Shown here: positions 57,984 to 64,000 of the stretch, one piece after another
Layout of the letters: every line of letters starts with the position of its first letter
How positions within the stretch are numbered: the stretch's first letter is position 1
Source of the DNA: Eledone cirrhosa
Taxonomy: Eukaryota
DNA length: 64,000 nt
Assembly (NCBI GenBank): GCA_964016885.1
Contig: OZ024740.1
Location: forward strand, 292,516,001-292,580,000
Reading direction: 5' to 3'
Translations under genes and position numbers: made by a program
Notes under the pieces: model-generated
What the model was told of the DNA's origin: nothing
The model's input: the letters and a program-made list of their open reading frames with translations, nothing else
Databases searched by the model: none

Positions 57984-58278
57984 GTATGTATATATATGTA
58001 TATGTATATGTATATATATGTATATGTATTATATATATATATGTATGTATACTATATATATATGTATATATATATATATATATATATGTATCATATATAC
58101 ATATATATGTATATATTATACATTATATATGTATGTATATATATATATATGTATGTATATATATACTATCTATGTATGTATATATATATATATATGTATG
58201 TATATATATACATATATATGTATATATATATGTATGTAATATATATTATATATATGTATGTATATATATATATGTATG

Positions 58279-58313
<35 letters not shown>

Positions 58314-58319
58314 GTTATG

Positions 58320-58392
<73 letters not shown>

Positions 58393-58397
58393 GTATG

Positions 58398-58434
<37 letters not shown>

Positions 58435-58465
58435 GTATGTATATATATATATATATATATGTATG

Positions 58466-58505
<40 letters not shown>

Positions 58506-58522
58506 TGTATGTATATATATAC

Positions 58523-58559
<37 letters not shown>

Positions 58560-58576
58560 TATGTATGTTATATATG

Positions 58577-58607
<31 letters not shown>

Positions 58608-58651
58608 AATATATATGTATGTATATATATATATATATATATATGAATATG

Positions 58652-58682
<31 letters not shown>

Positions 58683-59533
58683 GTATATACTATATATATA
58701 TATGTATATATAATGTATATATATATATATATATGCTATATATATATTATATATATGTATATATATAACATATATATGTATATATACATATATATGTATA
58801 TACTATATATATATGTATATTATACATATATATGTATGTATATATATATGTATGTATGTATGTATATATATATATATATGTATGTATATATATATATAGT
58901 ATATATATACATATATATGTAATATATATACATATATATGTATATATATACATAATATAAGTATATATGTATATATGTAATATATGTATATATATATATA
59001 TGTATGTATATGTATATATATATATATATGTATGTATATATATATATGTATGTATAATATATATATATATATGTATATATATATGTATGTATATATATAT
59101 ATATAATATGTATATATATAACATATATATACTATATACATATGTATATATATACATATATATTATATATATACATATATATGTATATATACATCTATAT
59201 ACTAATATGTATACAATAGTATATATACATATATATACATATATATGTATATATATATATAATATATATACATATGTATGTATATATATATATATGTATG
59301 CTATATATCTACATATATATGTGCTGTATATATATCTATATGTATGTATACATATATATATATGTATGTATATATATACATATATATGTGTGTATATTAT
59401 ATATATATATGTATGTATATATATACATAATATATGTATATATACATATATATGTATATATATATATATATGTATGTCTATATATATATACATATATGTG
59501 TATATATATATATATATGTATGTATGTATGTAC

Positions 59534-59564
<31 letters not shown>

Positions 59565-59565
59565 G

Positions 59566-59596
<31 letters not shown>

Positions 59597-59677
59597 ATAA
59601 GTATGTATATATATATGTATGTATATATATATGTATGTATATATATATGTATGTATATATGTAAGTATATATATATG

Positions 59678-59708
<31 letters not shown>

Positions 59709-59890
59709 ATATATATGTATGTATATATATATGTATGTATATAATATGTATGTATATATATATGTATGTATATATATATGTATGTATATATGTAAGTATA
59801 TATATATGTATGTAGTATTATATATATTTATATATATACATATGTATGTATATGTATACATATGTATGTATATATATATAAATATATACT
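55717..59890. repeat. ~4.2-kb degenerate (TA)n/(TATG)n array, decaying rightwards
   Basis: Directly visible. Confidence 0.95.
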
Positions 59891-59922
59891 CTACTAATAC
59901 TACTATTATACACACACACACA

Positions 59923-60525
59923 CAGGTCTCGTCAGAAAAGTACCAGATTGACGTCACAAAAATATCTATTCAATTCCAAACAACAAACTCACATGGATTC
60001 ATTTTCAAAGTAAACCCCCCTCGAAACTGGTCGGATTCGCAGGGCGTTGTGAGCGACCCGATCTTCCGTATGTCCAAATATTTGGGTGATAATCTTCCAA
60101 ACGCTGTCGCGGTTGAAGTCCAGCTCACGATCAGTCTAACACTCTGCCGGCGATCGCCTCGCACCTTCTGCCTCACGCGCTCAACGCTGGCCTCAGACCT
60201 GCTCATTGAAGGCCTCCCCCGCTCCTGGGGTCGTTATCCCTTCAACCTTTTGTGCAACTCGAAAACCTATGAGCGTGACAATGTCTCATCTCTGTACACT
60301 TGCAGCAGTATTCCGAGTACTTCTGACACAGTTTTCTCCAGCTCGACCAGAAACTTTAGGTTGGTTTGTTGCTTAAAATCGAGCTGTTAACAAAGGCACG
60401 CCCAAAAACATACAATAACTGCAGAGAGCTGCGATCGTAGTTACATACTCCCTGATATTACGTTACATGGTGATACAACCCATAACTCACACAACACACT
60501 AAGTCCCGTTACGTTCCAGACACCT

Positions 60526-60530
<5 letters not shown>
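59923..60530 (-). mobile_element. Mariner remnant (N-terminal HTH region of transposase)
   Basis: Minus-strand translation [44 protein letters not shown] then GRP...[19 protein letters not shown], the mariner N-terminal pattern. Confidence 0.8.
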
Positions 60531-60559
<29 letters not shown>

Positions 60560-60562
60560 TGT

Positions 60563-61012
60563 GGGTCACGTTCCTAGAGCACCCACGAAGAGTGAAAAAC
60601 CGCGAATATTGGACGTGGTCCATAACGATGCATATAATAAAATAAGAGGGAGCGACTTATGCGAAGGGGCGTCCAATAGACCGGCAAATACGGTATATTG
60701 TTATTAATACTTTTACGTCCCTTTATGATCTGAGTTCAAATCCCACCGAGGTTAACTTTGCCTTTCATCCTTACGGGGTCGATAAAATAAAGTACCAGTA
60801 ATGTAATGGGTAATTGCTGGCCTTGTGCATAAAATAGAAACAATTAATAATGTTGTGTCACAAAAATATATATTGTCACGAAAAAAGGCATAAAAGTCGC
60901 GGAAGATACTTCTGATTCCGGAAATATTCGGTGGTTTCCACGAACAATTATTAGTTAGGTTCTAAGGAAATTTCCGCGAATAACCGCGACCGCGAATGCC
61001 AAGGGGACACTG
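60563..61012 (-). mobile_element. pogo/Tigger-like MITE with nested SINE (~60712-60845)
   Basis: Reverse complement of 62672-62971; ends CCGCGAATGCCAAGGGGACACTG|TA. Confidence 0.7.
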
Positions 61013-61032
61013 TATGTGCGTGTGTATGTATA

Positions 61033-61077
<45 letters not shown>

Positions 61078-61148
61078 GTGAAAGCAGCGATTCTTTTCTT
61101 AAACTTTAATCTGTTATTTTAATAAATATATATATATATATATATATA

Positions 61149-61339
61149 TTTTTATTTTATAGAAGGAGCTTCTACAGGACTAGTACTGTTTCATTCAGAT
61201 GAAATCTTCAGGAAGATTTCATCTGAATGAAACAGTACTAGTCCTGTAGAAGCTCCTTCTATAAAATAAAAAAATTTTACTCTGCCATGTATTGAGTACC
61301 TTACTTACTGTGGTTATCCCCGACTCAACCCGGACCAAC

Positions 61340-61340
<1 letters not shown>
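61149..61340 (+). mobile_element. Fold-back element, family A: perfect ~60-bp arms, almost no loop, plus tail
   Basis: 61149-61209 versus 61212-61272; centre CTTC-AG-GAAG; minus strand reads CTGAAGA-TTTCATCTGAAT-GAAACAGTA. Confidence 0.9.
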
Positions 61341-61381
<41 letters not shown>

Positions 61382-61574
61382 GATTAGTTTTTTCGTTGTT
61401 TTGGTATTGTATGGTTGGGTTTTGCTTGCCACAATTTTCAATTTGTCAAGCTATCTAAACGTAATGTTATTACTCTAAGGACCTACCCTTATTGAGTGCT
61501 TTGCTACTCATTCCTAATTGTAGGTCGACTTTGCTTGGCCGCAGCCAAAGCTTCGATTTTACTAAGCTTCCACT

Positions 61575-61614
<40 letters not shown>

Positions 61615-62216
61615 CAGGATCACTCTCTCCACATTTTATTTCAGATCAATATTCATAATGACCCAGTTTTATCTTTGAAAATATTAAGATGTTCATTGGA
61701 ATGTATGCCTAGTCCTATTGCGTTCACATTGACACTTGTAGAGATCCTAACTGCTATATCTGAAACATAATTGCTTGTCAAAAGTGTCTTTCTTTTCAGA
61801 CCTGGTTTCATTCACTACAGATATGTGTGCCGCCGGTATTTATTCATTGCTGACTGGAAGCTCCCTCCCTCTTTTACACGTTTTAGCCATTTAAGTTGAG
61901 ATTTAATTGGGATTATTTTGTTTAATCGCCTTTTTCTCTGCTTTTAGTTTTGCTTACTGCACGTGATGGCAATTATTTTTTATTGTCTTGTGATGAGTTT
62001 CTTCGCTCACGAGTTTTGTTTTGTGTTTTTTTTTTTAAACTGATGTCATGATTACTGCTAAATGAAAAAAAACTTTCAACACATTTCATTTGTTTTGTCT
62101 TTATATCATACACTGTCCGCTTGTCATTCCTATGTAAATATATCAGAATCCCCAACTATTTCTTCTGGAGTAAATGGAAGTACTTTCGTGGTAAACGTAA
62201 TGGTTTTTCTAACATC

Positions 62217-62602
62217 TACTCTCAGGTCCCAAATAATCGGGCACGGGGTGGAATAAGCGGGGGTGGCGGTAGTTTTTCTAGGTAGTTTTCGTTGATTTTT
62301 TTTTCTAAAAACCAGAATTAATCGTTTAGTTTACATATTGAGATCCTCAAACGATTCTATTTATTTTATAACTTATGAGATTTCTTGTAATGTTATTTTT
62401 TTGTCATGTATAATGTTTTTTTAATGTCTAAAAAGATTGTCGCAGCAATGCTACCACTTAAAATAAAATTTCGCCAGAGATTAGCAAAATTTAATAAGCG
62501 GAGGTGGGGGTGGAATAAGAGTGGGAGGGGGTTGGAAAAATCTCAAAAATTAATAAACGGAGAGGGGGGGACGGGGGGAAGCATTATTCGAGACCCAAGC
62601 GT
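62217..62602. mobile_element. Possible old MITE/DNA transposon remnant
   Basis: Degenerate inverted ends (ACTCTCAGGTCCCAAATAAT / ATTATTCGAGACCCAAGCGT) and repeated GGAATAAGCGG motifs. Confidence 0.35.
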
Positions 62603-62671
62603 CGGTAAACAGAACAACTAAATAGAAATATTGGCAAAGATGGCGCACTTATATATATATATATAAATGTA

Positions 62672-62971
62672 CAGTGTACTCCGACATTCGCGGTCCTGAC
62701 CTTCACGGTTACGGTTATTCGCGGGATTTTCCTTAGAACCTAACTAATAATTGTTCGTGGAAACCACCGCTTGTTCACGGAATATACCATATTTGCCGGT
62801 CCATTGGATGTCCCTTCGCATAAGACGCTCCCTCTTTTTTTTTAAATTATATTTTACGTTATATTTTGCCGTTTATAGGCATTTTCATAGACCACATCCA
62901 ATATTCGCGGTCTTTCAATCTTCACGGGTGCTCTAGGAACGTAAGCCCCGCGAATACCGGGGAGACAACTG
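62672..62971 (+). mobile_element. pogo/Tigger-like MITE
   Basis: TA|CAGTG...ATTCGCGG and CCGCGAATA...CAACTG|TA imperfect TIRs with TA duplication. Confidence 0.72.
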
Positions 62972-62972
62972 T

Positions 62973-63004
<32 letters not shown>

Positions 63005-63686
63005 GAAGTTTGCTACAATATGGTAATTTTCAAATTAACATTACTTTGATGACTAGACCAATACATTCAAACACAGTGAGTTTCCAATTATTAGCACCTG
63101 ATTTTTTTCCCTCTTGGTAACATCTGGATTAGCAAGTAACTTGAGCTACATTCTAGTGTCAACTTATCGTAAACTTGTGAAGTTCTGTAAATGACTCTTT
63201 AACAGTATGGGTTTAAAAAAAAGAAATGGCAGTCTTTATAACTGAAATAGTTTTAATGGCGCAAGTAACCAATAAATAGACTTAACATAATATTTAACGT
63301 TTATTTTTCTCGTTGACTTCCAGATATTTTGTAACAATTTCATTCTGCCCCGCTGTTAACACTGAACATTTTATGACGAATCGATTCTTCAAATAAAGAG
63401 AAAACATGAACTAACATCTCCGATCTGGTGTCCGTTGTCAGTTATATATATATATATAATGCGTGTGTGTGTGTTTATTCTTTAAATAAAGATATAGAAA
63501 TCGGTGTACCAGTTTAGTACTAGGTTGATCCTTCCTCTATATCTCTTTCTCACTTCCATTCTCTCTCTCCCTGTCATTCTCTGGAAGAAATCTGCTGTAC
63601 TCAGACCTGGAGTAGGGATGGGCTCCGCCAGATTTAAAAATACCCGATAAAGGCCGTATGCCAATATGGGTCTATATATATATATA

Positions 63687-64000
<314 letters not shown>

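Noticed and set aside
55739-59957. Multiple Y/I/M/C-rich ORFs
   Set aside because: Degenerate TA/TATG microsatellite translations

Overview
Eukaryotic, very AT-rich, microsatellite-dense, apparently gene-free window. The SINE sequences resemble those I recall from octopus/coleoid cephalopods (inference). I can support no host protein-coding exon, rRNA or true tRNA; nearly all long ORFs in the track are translations of simple repeats. The real content is mobile DNA. (1) A 5'-truncated Penelope-like element (PLE; RT plus C-terminal GIY-YIG) at 43.7-45.9 kb, with three shorter relatives. (2) A near full-length R4/Dong-like RLE non-LTR retrotransposon at 39.0-43.2 kb inside a (CATA)n tract, plus a second family fragment in the same target. 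(3) RTE-like LINE fragments, one 5'-inverted with an 11-bp TSD; a CRE-like 3' fragment; mariner remnants; two non-autonomous Helitrons; pogo-like MITEs; many tRNA-derived SINEs; a tandem bipartite LINE-derived element. (4) A ~7.9-kb 24-bp satellite ending at an assembly gap and two ~4-kb variant (TA)n arrays. The most notable signal is at least six apparently unrelated families of short fold-back (inverted-repeat plus unique tail) elements, all embedded in (TA)n. Many carry minimal type I hammerhead ribozyme folds that can be base-paired by eye, with stem II covariation between copies. There is also a retrozyme-like direct-repeat unit with a complete hammerhead fold, and one hairpin whose loop matches a LINE fragment 1.9 kb away. 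Coordinates were counted by hand and may be off by a few bases.
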